The notes: generated by a model from the sequence alone, not told the origin. Counted from the stretch's first letter, positions 49,602-58,998 are shown. The stretch is 64,000 bases of DNA from Escherichia coli (GCF_002854065.1 NZ_CP024147.1); one strand, 5' to 3'. Made by a program: numbers and translations.

Positions 49602-52600
49602 TTACGGTCTGACAATCAGCAAATCTTCAGCCGCGCCGGTCGCCCGCCATTGGGGAACATACATTGATTCCACCATCGGTTGCGGTACCTGATACGTTCC
49701 CGGCGTCACCGCCCGCGCCAGATACACCAGCGTTACCGGTTGGTATTCATCAACGGCAACCGCCGCCACAAAGCGATCGTCACGGAACTCAATGTGCTTA
49801 GTACTCGCCTGCTGCATCTGGTTCAGTAAGTTCTGCACTTCGCCACCACTTTGCTCCAGGCTGGCGCTACCGTTCGCCAGATTCTGGTTTTCCAGTTCCA
49901 GACCCGCAGGCAGCAGATCCACGACTAACGCATCCGGCACGCTGTTACTGGCTTTTACCTGCAACCAGACCAGCACCAGATCGCCGCTACGTAACGAGTC
50001 CAGCGATTTGCTCTTACCATCAGTACCAAGAATATGACGCTCGATTTGCAGCACATTGTTCGCCGGTAAAGGTGCGGATTGCGGATAACCGCTGGCATCC
50101 ACACGCAGCCATAACGGCTGATCGCCACTGTTGGTCACCTGCAAGGTAGCAAGTTGATCGCTATTCAGATTGCTGTTTTGCGCTTTCTCGCCTGTCAGCG
50201 GCTCAGCTGAGAAAGAGGTTTGCGCCTGCCATTTACCCGGTAAATCCTGAATCGTACGGGCAGCCAGGAACAACGCGTTACTTTCCTGCGTCGATAGCCA
50301 GCGTTCACCAAACGCCTGCTGCGAAAGTGTGTTCAGCAAAGTGTACTGCTCATCGGGTAGCAGTTTATTTTCTTCCAGCAAGGAGAGCATCAACGCGTTG
50401 TCGCGCAGTGGACTACCGTAATCACCCAGCCATATCCGCTCATCACTATTTCTCGGCGTTTTCAGCGCCAGCGCAATCGCTTCTTCACCACGCGTCGCAT
50501 CACCCATGGTTTTCAGCGCAACGCCAAGTTGCAGCAGCGGTAATCCAGACGCAGCATCTGCACGATGCTCCCAGATTTCACGCAGCGCACCCAGTGGTGC
50601 TTTTTGCTGACGGGCCAGCACCAGCGCAGCGTAAGACTGTACGGCGAATTTACTGGCTTTGAGATTATCCGCGTACGGGATCGACATCATGCCTGGATCT
50701 TGTAAATAGCGCAGCAGACGCTCATTACCCCGGTTAATGACGTCTGTCGGCACGCTGTAACCCTGTTCGCCTGCGCGGACCAGGAAATCCATCACGTAAG
50801 CCGTCAGCCAGTACTCTTCGTCACCGTTTTTATCCCACAGCGCAAAGCCGCCGTTATCACGTTGCATTTGCAGCAAACGGGAAATGCCGATATCGACCGA
50901 TGCACGGCGTTTCTCATCACTGTCGCCTTTGATGCCCAACGCCTGCAGTTGGGCTGCGTTGGTATAAAGTGACGGGAACAGGCCGCTGGCGGTTTGCTCA
51001 AGACAGCCGTACGGATACGCTTTTAACTCTTTGATATAACGTGCGATGTTCAGCGGTGGTTTGCCGCTCAACAACAATTGCCCTTCCAGCGTAACAGGCG
51101 AGAAGTTTTGCAATCCATCCGCCGGAATCGCCCATGTCTCACCAGGCTGCAACGCCGTACCGTAATTAACCGTTTGTGCCGGGAACGCTGGACGGACGCC
51201 GATTTTCCACTGCTTATGCTGATCGGCAACGGTTTCACCCGGTAACGCTAACCCGCTAATGGTGGCCTGAATTTCTCCATCGCCATAACCCGGCAATGCT
51301 CGCACCGGGATAAACAGCGTAGTACGCACACCTGGCGCTAATTCAACGGCTGCGGGTGAATCGCTGACCAGTTCAAGCAAACCACTGGCGGTCAGGGCAA
51401 CGTTCAGTTTTTGCGGTTTATCGGTAAGATTAGTGATATCCAGCGTCAGACGCGAGGTATCGCCACTCGCCATAAAGCGCGGCATGTTCAGTTCAGCAAT
51501 CACCGGTGCGGCAACTATCACTTTGCTTTCGTTGCTACCGAAGTCATCTGCCGTCCAGGCTTGCGCCATGACGCGCAATTCACCGTTAAAATCGCCAATC
51601 GGCAGTGTAACCGAGCCTTCGCCCTGTTCGTTGAGCGTTACCGGCAGCGCCTGCTGCGCGACAATATTGACGTGATTGACCGGCGGTTTACCACCACGTT
51701 TCAGCTCATCACCATCGCCACCGAAACGCAGAGCTGCCAGACGCCCCTGACCTTCAATAACCTGACCGTAAATATCGTAAATGTCTGCGCCATAGCGTTT
51801 CTGACCAAAGAACGCCTGCCACGGATCTGGCGTGACGTAGTCAGTAATATTCAGCACACCACTATCAACGGCAGACACCAGCACATTCACCTGTTTAGGC
51901 TTCTCGCCATTTTTAGTGCTGGCTTTAATTTTCACGGTTAATGGTTGATTGGGACGCATTTTTGCTGGTGTTTCCAGCGCCAGATCGAGGCGACGGTTTT
52001 CATCACCAAGCGGCAGATGCAACACACCAACCGCGCGTTTTGGCGTCGCGGAGCGAGATTTATCGCCAGGACGCACCACCAGCGTACTCAAATAAAGATC
52101 ATGACGATTCCAGGTTTTATCGACCGGAATCGTCAGATCCAGCCCTTGAGCCGGAACATCAATCTCTTGCCACCACAGCGGCCCTTCACTGGACTCGACC
52201 ATCGCATAACCTTTACCCGCCGTTGGCGCGGCAATATGCAACTTAATGGTATCGCCAGGGCGATAACTGGCTTTATCCAGTTTCAGCGTGACACGGTCGG
52301 GTCGCACGGCACCGCTTCCGTCGCTGTTGTCCTGCCAGCTATAGCCAGCCCAGAAACGCACACTACTGACCGCTTCATTCGGCGCTTTGACTTCCAGACG
52401 ATAAGCGCCCCACTCTACCGGAAAACTGACCTTGCCGGTTTCGTCCGCTTTCAGATCCAGAGTTTGTTCATTTTCGATCAGATCTTTTTGATCAAACTGT
52501 GACTGCCAGCCTTCATCTTCTGACCAGTTCCAGTAGTAATCGCGGCGTTCGCGAATCAGGCGCACCTGCAAGCCCGACACGGCTTTTTTCACGCCTTGCG

Positions 52601-54563
52601 CATCGCTATAAACGATGTCAAAAGCGGCGTTACTGCCCTCATCAACAATGGGCTGTTTCACCGTGCTGTCAGTGCGATAATCGTAAACCGATTTCGAGGC
52701 GAACTGCGGACGGAGCCCCGGCAATGCATCGGCAGGCCAGATAGCCTGCTCAGCGCGGCGCGTCACCGGGCGACCGCCCGATTCCAGCAAACTGCCCTGG
52801 AAAATAACCTGCAATGGGGAATGCGTTTCCTTCCACTGGCTTTCTGTAGAAACTTCGCCGCGCCCTTTATCGTCCAGCGTCAACTGAACTTCATCCAGCG
52901 TGCGGGAAAGGTTTTCGGCAGCTATATCGCCGAATTCAAAACCAGGTAAGGCTGACACAGCCTCACGCAGTGGGCGCAGGAAAAGTTGCCCTTGCAAAGT
53001 ATTACCATTAGCAGGCGCACCGTACAGGTAGTATCCCACCACGGAGAATTTCACTTCATCATTCGGCGTAAGCGGGGTTTTCTCACCGGTCAGATTCAGC
53101 GCCATACGCTCTGGCATAAAATCTTCGACGTGGAAATCCCACATCCGATACTGGTTATCGCCCGTGTTAGCGCGAATATGCCACATACCGGTTGCCGCAT
53201 TGCTATCGAGTGGCCAGGTAAAGTGGTAGAGGCCATTTTCCGGCTGACTAACGACGCTCCTGAGTACCTGCCCATCGGGTTTAATCACGTCTAACTTGAT
53301 GGGTTGATTGGGCAACGCTTTACCGTCTGCATCACGCAGCAAACCATTGAGGATTACCGTTTCACCCGGGCGATAAAGATCGCGCGGGCCAAACATGAAA
53401 AACTGTTTGCTATAGCCTGGCGCACCTGCAATGTTAAATTCTGCTAAGTCCAGCGCCGGAAGTTTTAAATCGAGTAGCGTTGTCTGACCGTCTTTACGTG
53501 CCAGCAGTAATGCCGCATTTTTATCATTTTCCAGCTGCACATGCCCCTGAGCGTCACTGGTTGCCTGAGTCAGAGTCTGCCCTTTCTCATTTAATAAAGA
53601 GACTTCAATTCCTTGCTGGGCCGCGCCGTTTTCCAGACTTTGGGTAAAGATATCCAGACGATTGTGATAACGGTGAGCTGAAACGCCGATATCACTTAAC
53701 GTAAACAGCGTCGCGGGATTACTGTAATCGTAACGTCCAGCCTGATTCATCACAGCCAGATACACGCCCGCCTGCTGAAGCGGTTTGATATCGCCCAGCG
53801 GCAGCAATAATTTTTCACGGGTGTTACGCGCAGGATTGAGATCAAACCGTCCGGTGTAGACCAGATCCGCCATCTGCAGCAGTTTGTCTGACTGCCAGTT
53901 CGCCAGCGAATTGCGGTATTCCCATTGGCTAATGAATGCTGGCAGAGATTCTGGCTTAACGCGGAAGAAGTTAACATCGACATTATTAACGTTGAGCGCC
54001 ATTACCGGCAGCCCTTCAACGACTTTACCAGGCAGCAGCGAACCACGGCTGGAAAAACCGACACTGGGTTGGATGTCGCGGGTAGTTATAGTTTTTTCGT
54101 AATCTTTACTGAAGGTTGCGTTGTTGAGTGCTTTGACCTCCTTGCCAATTGTAACGATCAAATCACGTTTCGGTTCGAGGTGGCGTAAACGCAGCTCTTT
54201 AAGATTATCTGACAGCTCCCAGGCACCATCCACTTTGCCGCTTTTTTTATCGACGACATGAATAACGCGTGAGAAATCCTGATCCGGGTCGAGAGGGATG
54301 GAGAACGTCAGCACCAGCGTGGCTGCACCATCAAGTTGGACTTCAGAGAGATCCAGCAATGTCAGCGCCTTACCGGCACTCTGTTGTGCCAGTTTTTGTC
54401 GCTCTGGCGCGGAGAGTTTTGCTGAACTCGCGTTTTCTGAAGAGGCCGCTTTAGTAACTTCAGAAGGCGCATCTTTTTTCACCGCTGTTGGCGCGTTATC
54501 GTTGTTGTCGCACCCTGCCAGCGCCAGCATTAGCATGCAGGCGGCTACGCGTAACTTTTTCAT
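49602..54563 (-). CDS. yfhM: Alpha-2-macroglobulin family lipoprotein YfhM
   Basis: 1653 aa; lipobox LAGC; thioester motif CLEQ. Confidence 0.9.
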   Translation of the reverse strand: MKKLRVAACMLMLALAGCDNNDNAPTAVKKDAPSEVTKAASSENASSAKLSAPERQKLAQQSAGKALTLLDLSEVQLDGAATLVLTFSIPLDPDQDFSRVIHVVDKKSGKVDGAWELSDNLKELRLRHLEPKRDLIVTIGKEVKALNNATFSKDYEKTITTRDIQPSVGFSSRGSLLPGKVVEGLPVMALNVNNVDVNFFRVKPESLPAFISQWEYRNSLANWQSDKLLQMADLVYTGRFDLNPARNTREKLLLPLGDIKPLQQAGVYLAVMNQAGRYDYSNPATLFTLSDIGVSAHRYHNRLDIFTQSLENGAAQQGIEVSLLNEKGQTLTQATSDAQGHVQLENDKNAALLLARKDGQTTLLDLKLPALDLAEFNIAGAPGYSKQFFMFGPRDLYRPGETVILNGLLRDADGKALPNQPIKLDVIKPDGQVLRSVVSQPENGLYHFTWPLDSNAATGMWHIRANTGDNQYRMWDFHVEDFMPERMALNLTGEKTPLTPNDEVKFSVVGYYLYGAPANGNTLQGQLFLRPLREAVSALPGFEFGDIAAENLSRTLDEVQLTLDDKGRGEVSTESQWKETHSPLQVIFQGSLLESGGRPVTRRAEQAIWPADALPGLRPQFASKSVYDYRTDSTVKQPIVDEGSNAAFDIVYSDAQGVKKAVSGLQVRLIRERRDYYWNWSEDEGWQSQFDQKDLIENEQTLDLKADETGKVSFPVEWGAYRLEVKAPNEAVSSVRFWAGYSWQDNSDGSGAVRPDRVTLKLDKASYRPGDTIKLHIAAPTAGKGYAMVESSEGPLWWQEIDVPAQGLDLTIPVDKTWNRHDLYLSTLVVRPGDKSRSATPKRAVGVLHLPLGDENRRLDLALETPAKMRPNQPLTVKIKASTKNGEKPKQVNVLVSAVDSGVLNITDYVTPDPWQAFFGQKRYGADIYDIYGQVIEGQGRLAALRFGGDGDELKRGGKPPVNHVNIVAQQALPVTLNEQGEGSVTLPIGDFNGELRVMAQAWTADDFGSNESKVIVAAPVIAELNMPRFMASGDTSRLTLDITNLTDKPQKLNVALTASGLLELVSDSPAAVELAPGVRTTLFIPVRALPGYGDGEIQATISGLALPGETVADQHKQWKIGVRPAFPAQTVNYGTALQPGETWAIPADGLQNFSPVTLEGQLLLSGKPPLNIARYIKELKAYPYGCLEQTASGLFPSLYTNAAQLQALGIKGDSDEKRRASVDIGISRLLQMQRDNGGFALWDKNGDEEYWLTAYVMDFLVRAGEQGYSVPTDVINRGNERLLRYLQDPGMMSIPYADNLKASKFAVQSYAALVLARQQKAPLGALREIWEHRADAASGLPLLQLGVALKTMGDATRGEEAIALALKTPRNSDERIWLGDYGSPLRDNALMLSLLEENKLLPDEQYTLLNTLSQQAFGERWLSTQESNALFLAARTIQDLPGKWQAQTSFSAEPLTGEKAQNSNLNSDQLATLQVTNSGDQPLWLRVDASGYPQSAPLPANNVLQIERHILGTDGKSKSLDSLRSGDLVLVWLQVKASNSVPDALVVDLLPAGLELENQNLANGSASLEQSGGEVQNLLNQMQQASTKHIEFRDDRFVAAVAVDEYQPVTLVYLARAVTPGTYQVPQPMVESMYVPQWRATGAAEDLLIVRP

Positions 54564-54769
54564 TTTTCATCCCTGCCACAATGGCCCGTTAGCAACGTCG
54601 AATAATTATTATGCGTGAGAATTTACGTTATGTAATTCAGTATCACGCCCATACAATCCGAATTTTAGTGAGAATTGTGGCTCAGACAGCCAAATCAGCC
54701 TCTTTTGCTTGTCGCTTTTCACTAAACATCCGACAATTTAGCCTAACCCCGGCAAAAATGGAGATGCCT

Positions 54770-55615
54770 ATGTCCACGACATGGTTTGTAGGAGCCGACT
54801 GGCTCGCCGAACATATTGATGACCCGGAAATTCAGATTATCGATGCCCGCATGGCGTCGCCTGGACAGGAAGATCGTAACGTTGCTCAGGAGTATCTGAA
54901 TGGACATATTCCCGGCGCAGTGTTTTTTGATATCGAAGCGCTTTCTGATCACACTTCCCTGCTTCCGCACATGCTGCCGCGCCCGGAAACGTTCGCCGTG
55001 GCGATGCGTGAATTAGGCGTTAACCAGGATAAGCACCTGATTGTCTATGACGAAGGTAATCTTTTCTCAGCCCCACGAGCATGGTGGATGCTGCGCACCT
55101 TTGGTGTAGAGAAAGTGTCGATTCTGGGGGGTGGACTTGCAGGCTGGCAGCGCGATGATCTGTTGTTAGAAGAAGGTGCAGTAGAGCTGCCGGAAGGAGA
55201 GTTTAACGCCGCGTTTAATCCTGAAGCAGTGGTGAAAGTAACCGATGTGTTATTGGCAAGCCATGAAAATACGGCGCAAATTATTGATGCCCGCCCGGCT
55301 GCACGTTTTAACGCAGAAGTTGATGAACCTCGCCCAGGTTTACGTCGCGGACATATTCCCGGTGCATTGAACGTTCCGTGGACGGAACTGGTGCGCGAAG
55401 GCGAACTAAAAACGACCGATGAACTGGATGCGATATTTTTTGGTCGCGGCGTCAGCTATGACAAACCGATTATCGTCAGCTGCGGCTCTGGTGTAACAGC
55501 AGCCGTGGTTTTGTTGGCACTCGCGACGCTGGATGTGCCAAACGTGAAACTGTACGACGGCGCATGGAGTGAATGGGGCGCGCGGGCAGATTTACCGGTT
55601 GAGCCATTGAAATAA
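54770..55615 (+). CDS. sseA: 3-mercaptopyruvate sulfurtransferase SseA (tandem rhodanese domains)
   Basis: 281 aa from MSTTWFVGADWLAEH...; active-site CGSGVTA. Confidence 0.9.
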   Translation: MSTTWFVGADWLAEHIDDPEIQIIDARMASPGQEDRNVAQEYLNGHIPGAVFFDIEALSDHTSLLPHMLPRPETFAVAMRELGVNQDKHLIVYDEGNLFSAPRAWWMLRTFGVEKVSILGGGLAGWQRDDLLLEEGAVELPEGEFNAAFNPEAVVKVTDVLLASHENTAQIIDARPAARFNAEVDEPRPGLRRGHIPGALNVPWTELVREGELKTTDELDAIFFGRGVSYDKPIIVSCGSGVTAAVVLLALATLDVPNVKLYDGAWSEWGARADLPVEPLK

Positions 55616-55631
55616 GCTTTTTACAGGCAAT

Positions 55632-55660
55632 AAAAAACCGCCGAATTTGGCGGTTTTTTA
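55632..55660. terminator. Bidirectional Rho-independent terminator (sseA on + strand; candidate antisense sRNA on - strand)
   Basis: AAAAAA-CCGCC-gaattt-GGCGG-TTTTTT, with runs on both sides. Confidence 0.75.
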
Positions 55661-55731
55661 TTGCTGGTCTGGTTCGCGGCCTTTCCAGCAGGTTGACTTG
55701 TGTTGCCGGAGCAACGCAGGCACCCCACAGT
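55635..55731 (-). ncRNA. Candidate divergent antisense sRNA, copy 1 (RyfB/TimR-like)
   Basis: TTGACA -35 on the - strand (55761-55766) with a weak -10; predicted 5' end falls on a 16 nt core (55717-55732) whose complement matches the ryfA-like 5' region (55879-55894); bounded by the bidirectional terminator. Confidence 0.35.
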
Positions 55732-55812
55732 GTTGAAATACTCTCTTTTATGCCTGGCTGTGTCAAGATAATAAACAGAGTAATTATTCAAACATGAGAG
55801 TATTATTCTTAA

Positions 55813-56116
55813 TGGCCCTTTTCGCCGTCTCGCAAACGGGCGCTGGCTTTAGGAAAGGATGTTCCATGACCGTAAATACAGGCACCCCACAGTGCTTGCT
55901 ATCGCGGCAATATCGCCAGTGGTGCTGTCGTGATGCGGTCTTCGCATGGACCGCACAATGAAGATACGGTGCTTCTGTATCGTACTTATTGTTTCTGGTG
56001 CGCTGTTAACCGAGGTAAATAATAACCTGAGTCTCTCCGGCAACAATTTACTGGTGGTTAACAACCTTCAGAACAGCAGGTAAGCCCGAATGCCGCCCTT
56101 TGGGGCGGCATATTTA
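55813..56116 (+). ncRNA. ryfA: ryfA-like transcript, copy 1 (putative type I toxin mRNA)
   Basis: TATTAT -10-like box at 55801-55806; strong hairpin terminator GCCGCCC-ttt-GGGGCGGC plus T run at 56092-56116; span about 304 nt. Confidence 0.5.
55958..56083 (+). CDS. Small hydrophobic protein (41 aa, MKIRCFCIVLIVSGALLTEVNNN...), candidate type I toxin (TimP-like), copy 1
   Basis: ATG overlaps by ATGA the stop of an upstream 31-codon ORF (55866..55961) that has an ideal SD (AGGAAAGG, 7 nt spacing); N-terminal 17-residue hydrophobic segment; stop 8 nt before the terminator hairpin. Confidence 0.45.
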   Translation: MKIRCFCIVLIVSGALLTEVNNNLSLSGNNLLVVNNLQNSR

Positions 56117-56314
56117 GATTATCCGATTCTGTTTAAAGTCACGCAAAAAACCACCCCAGCGACGTTCATAGAATGGCGCAATATGTTCGATATTAAAATG
56201 ACCTGGCTTATTAGTCCGAATTCAGACAAATATAAACAAATCCCGCTCAATATTAAAAATACTAACCGGTAAAAGATATTACTTAAACATGTAAATTCAC
56301 TTTCTTTAAGCAAC

Positions 56315-56345
56315 AAAAAACCGCCAAAATCAGGCGGTTATTTGT
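56315..56345. terminator. Bidirectional hairpin terminator, copy 2 of the repeat unit
   Basis: AAAAAA-CCGCC-aaaatca-GGCGG-TTATTTGTT. Confidence 0.6.
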
Positions 56346-56414
56346 TGCCGGTTTGGTTCGCGGCCTCTCCAGCAGATTGACTTGTGTTGCATGAGCAACG
56401 CAGGTGCTTCACAG
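56318..56414 (-). ncRNA. Candidate divergent antisense sRNA, copy 2 (RyfB/TimR-like)
   Basis: Conserved TTGACA -35 on the - strand (56445-56450), AATATT -10-like box about 18 bp downstream; 5' core 56401-56415 matches 56560-56574 in the copy-2 ryfA-like 5' region. Confidence 0.35.
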
Positions 56415-56494
56415 CAGAGCAATATTCGCCAGCAACTCTCTTTTTGTCAAGCAAAAGAGAGTAATTATTGTTTATTTAGCGTATTATCGACACC

Positions 56495-56798
56495 GGCCCT
56501 TTCCGCCGTCTCGCAAACGGGCGCTGGCTTTAGGAAAGGATGTTCCGTGGCCGTAAATGCAGGTGTTTCACAGCGCTTGCTATCGCGGCAATATCGCCAG
56601 TGGTGCTGTCGTGATGCGGTCTTCGCATGGACCGCACAATGAAGATACGGTGCTTTTGTATCGTACTTATTGTTTCTGGTGCGCTGTTAACCGAGGTAAA
56701 TAATAACCTGAGTCTCTCCGGCAACAATTTACTGGTGGTTAACAACCTTCAGAACAGCAGGTAAGCCCGAATGCCGCCCTTTGGGGCGGCATATTTTA
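56495..56798 (+). ncRNA. ryfA: ryfA-like transcript, copy 2
   Basis: Same architecture as copy 1; terminator hairpin 56773-56790 with a T run overlapping the sseB stop codon. Confidence 0.5.
56639..56764 (+). CDS. Small hydrophobic protein (41 aa), candidate type I toxin, copy 2
   Basis: Identical protein to copy 1 (single synonymous difference TTC to TTT); preceded by a GTG-initiated 31-codon ORF (56547..56642) with the same SD and ATGA overlap. Confidence 0.45.
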   Translation: MKIRCFCIVLIVSGALLTEVNNNLSLSGNNLLVVNNLQNSR

Positions 56799-57572
56799 GA
56801 TTATCCGGTTCTGTTTAAAGTCACGCAAAAAACCACCCCAACGACGTTCATAGAATGGCGCAATATGTTCGGTAATAAAGTGGCTAATTCCTTTTTCCCC
56901 TTTTTTCACCTGACAAATATCGATTGGTTCATCGCCAGGTAATGTATCGGTCGCTACACTTCCCGCCGCCTGAATAATTTCTTCGATATCACCATCGGCT
57001 TCAATGCCAATAAGTAAATTAGGCTGTGCCTCTTCGTTCTCTTTAATTGAACATATAAAAGCACGCTTCACCGGCTTAATAGTTTTAAATAAGGTGGTGA
57101 GTGAATCAATCATTTGTGCTGGCGGCTCTGCGACTTCCGATAATATTAGCGATTCACCGCCTTCCAGTACTTCCTGGCTACTCAGCGGATTCCCTTCTTC
57201 ACCAATCAACAAACTGATTTCACGCGGCATAAATTCTTTACCGGTTGGCAGTTTGGCATTAAGGAAGAGCGTTTCGCCAAGGGTCATCTCAAACAATGTG
57301 CGAACGGGCATTACTACAAATGCCTGTTCGTCTTCAACCGCCTGTTGAAGTGCTTCTAACGAGGTAAAAAAAGGAATGACGCTGGTGCCGTCTTCTTTTT
57401 CCCAATGCTGTAAATCAAGCGCACTATCTTCAACCACAGCCTCGCCCTGCGCCGCCGTACCAGGCACCCAGACGGTGGATCCCAGTAGAGTACGGAAAAA
57501 GGCCGGGCGGTGCGCCGGTTCGGTTGCTGCTTTTTCCAGCAGGTCTTCAAGTTCGTTTTTTGTTTCGGACAT
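56796..57572 (-). CDS. sseB: Protein SseB (enhancer of serine sensitivity)
   Basis: 258 aa from MSETKNELEDL... Confidence 0.9.
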   Translation of the reverse strand: MSETKNELEDLLEKAATEPAHRPAFFRTLLGSTVWVPGTAAQGEAVVEDSALDLQHWEKEDGTSVIPFFTSLEALQQAVEDEQAFVVMPVRTLFEMTLGETLFLNAKLPTGKEFMPREISLLIGEEGNPLSSQEVLEGGESLILSEVAEPPAQMIDSLTTLFKTIKPVKRAFICSIKENEEAQPNLLIGIEADGDIEEIIQAAGSVATDTLPGDEPIDICQVKKGEKGISHFITEHIAPFYERRWGGFLRDFKQNRII

Positions 57573-57608
57573 AAGAACCACAATTCATTCAACGTTCGGG
57601 GCACAAGT

Positions 57609-57707
<99 letters not shown>

Positions 57708-57714
57708 TATTAGT

Positions 57715-58998
57715 TTACGCCGTTAACAGATTAGCAATCGTGCGCACACCAAGTCCCGTAGCACCCGCAGACCACTGTTCAACCGGCGCTTTACGGTAAG
57801 TCGCCGAGCAGTCGATATGCAGCCAGCCTTGCTGATAGTTCTCAACAAAGTGCGACAGGAAGCCCGCTGCCGTGCTCGCGCCTGCCGGATACGCCGCGCT
57901 TCCGGTATTGTTCAGTTCGGCAAAGTTAGACGGCAGCTGGCTGCGGTGGAATTCCGCCAGCGGCAGACGCCAGAATGGTTCGTTCTCTTGTGAGGCACTC
58001 GCCAGCAAACGACCGGCAAGCGCATCGTCAAAACTGAACAGCGCGTGATAATCATTACCCAGCGCAGTTTTCGCCGCCCCGGTGAGGGTCGCCGCATCAA
58101 TGATCATTTCCGGTTTCTGCGCACTGGCATCAATCAGACCATCGGCAAGCACCAGGCGCCCTTCGGCATCAGTGTTCATCACTTCAACTTTTTTACCGTT
58201 GCGATAGGTGATGATATCGCCCAGCTTAAACGCATTGCCGCTGATCAGGTTATCCGCACAGCAGAGGAACAGCTTCACGCGCTTGTTCAGTCCGCGCGTA
58301 ATGGCAAATGCCAGCGCCCCGGTAACCGTTGCCGCGCCGCCCATGTCCGACTTCATCGAGTCCATAAACGCAGTCTGTTTGATGCTGTAGCCGCCGGAGT
58401 CAAAAGTGATACCTTTACCTACCAGGCACGCGTACACTGGCGCTTCTTTATCGCCAGTTGGGTTGTAATCCAGCGCCAGCAATACCGGAGAACGTTCTGA
58501 ACCGCGTCCGACGGTGTGCAGCCCCATATAACCTTGCTCACGCAGATCCTCACCTTTGGTGATCCGATAAGTCACACGATCGCCTGCGACGTTGTTGATC
58601 AGATCAACAGCACGCTGTGCCAGTTGCGATGGCCCCAGCTCTTCCGCCGGTGCGTTGATGGTGTCACGCACCCAGTCGATGATCATCAGGCGGTTATCCA
58701 GTTCCTGCCGCTGGGCATCGTCCAGATCCGGCCACTCCACTTTACGCGTGCCTTTCGGGGCTTTGTAACCTTGCCAGAATGCCCAGCAGCGATCCACATC
58801 CCAGCCTTCACCGCTTAGCTGAACATGCTTGATGCCCAGACCGTCAATCTTGCGCGCCGCACGCTGGATCAGCCCCAGATCGTCTGCCCCGTTCAAATGC
58901 AGAGTAATGCCATCATTATTAATGCTGTAAGTTGCTTTTTCTCCCCAGCGCGCGTCGGCAGGTTGGGTAGAGAGGGTAATTTTCATCGCTTCTGTCAT
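57715..58998 (-). CDS. pepB: Peptidase B (M17 leucyl aminopeptidase family) PepB
   Basis: 427 aa; M17 signature NTDAEGRL. Confidence 0.95.
   Translation of the reverse strand: MTEAMKITLSTQPADARWGEKATYSINNDGITLHLNGADDLGLIQRAARKIDGLGIKHVQLSGEGWDVDRCWAFWQGYKAPKGTRKVEWPDLDDAQRQELDNRLMIIDWVRDTINAPAEELGPSQLAQRAVDLINNVAGDRVTYRITKGEDLREQGYMGLHTVGRGSERSPVLLALDYNPTGDKEAPVYACLVGKGITFDSGGYSIKQTAFMDSMKSDMGGAATVTGALAFAITRGLNKRVKLFLCCADNLISGNAFKLGDIITYRNGKKVEVMNTDAEGRLVLADGLIDASAQKPEMIIDAATLTGAAKTALGNDYHALFSFDDALAGRLLASASQENEPFWRLPLAEFHRSQLPSNFAELNNTGSAAYPAGASTAAGFLSHFVENYQQGWLHIDCSATYRKAPVEQWSAGATGLGVRTIANLLTA

Larger units (their letters stand above)
55631..56890. repeat. Tandem duplication of a roughly 575 bp ryfA-like unit (copy 1 55631-56205, copy 2 56321-56890), diverged in the 5' half and near-identical in the 3' half
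   Basis: Direct alignment by eye: both units begin with a CCGCC..GGCGG hairpin and share TTGGTTCGCGGCC..CCAGCAG.TTGACTTGTGTTGC..., the toxin-like ORF and the terminator; copy 1 carries a degenerate copy of the sseB 3' end. Confidence 0.8.

Noticed and set aside
55849-56745. Two identical minus-strand 71 aa ORFs (55849..56064 and 56530..56745) in the ryfA-like copies
   Set aside because: They are antisense to the ryfA-like transcript and its conserved small ORFs, lack a convincing RBS, and their conservation is explained by the sense-strand duplication
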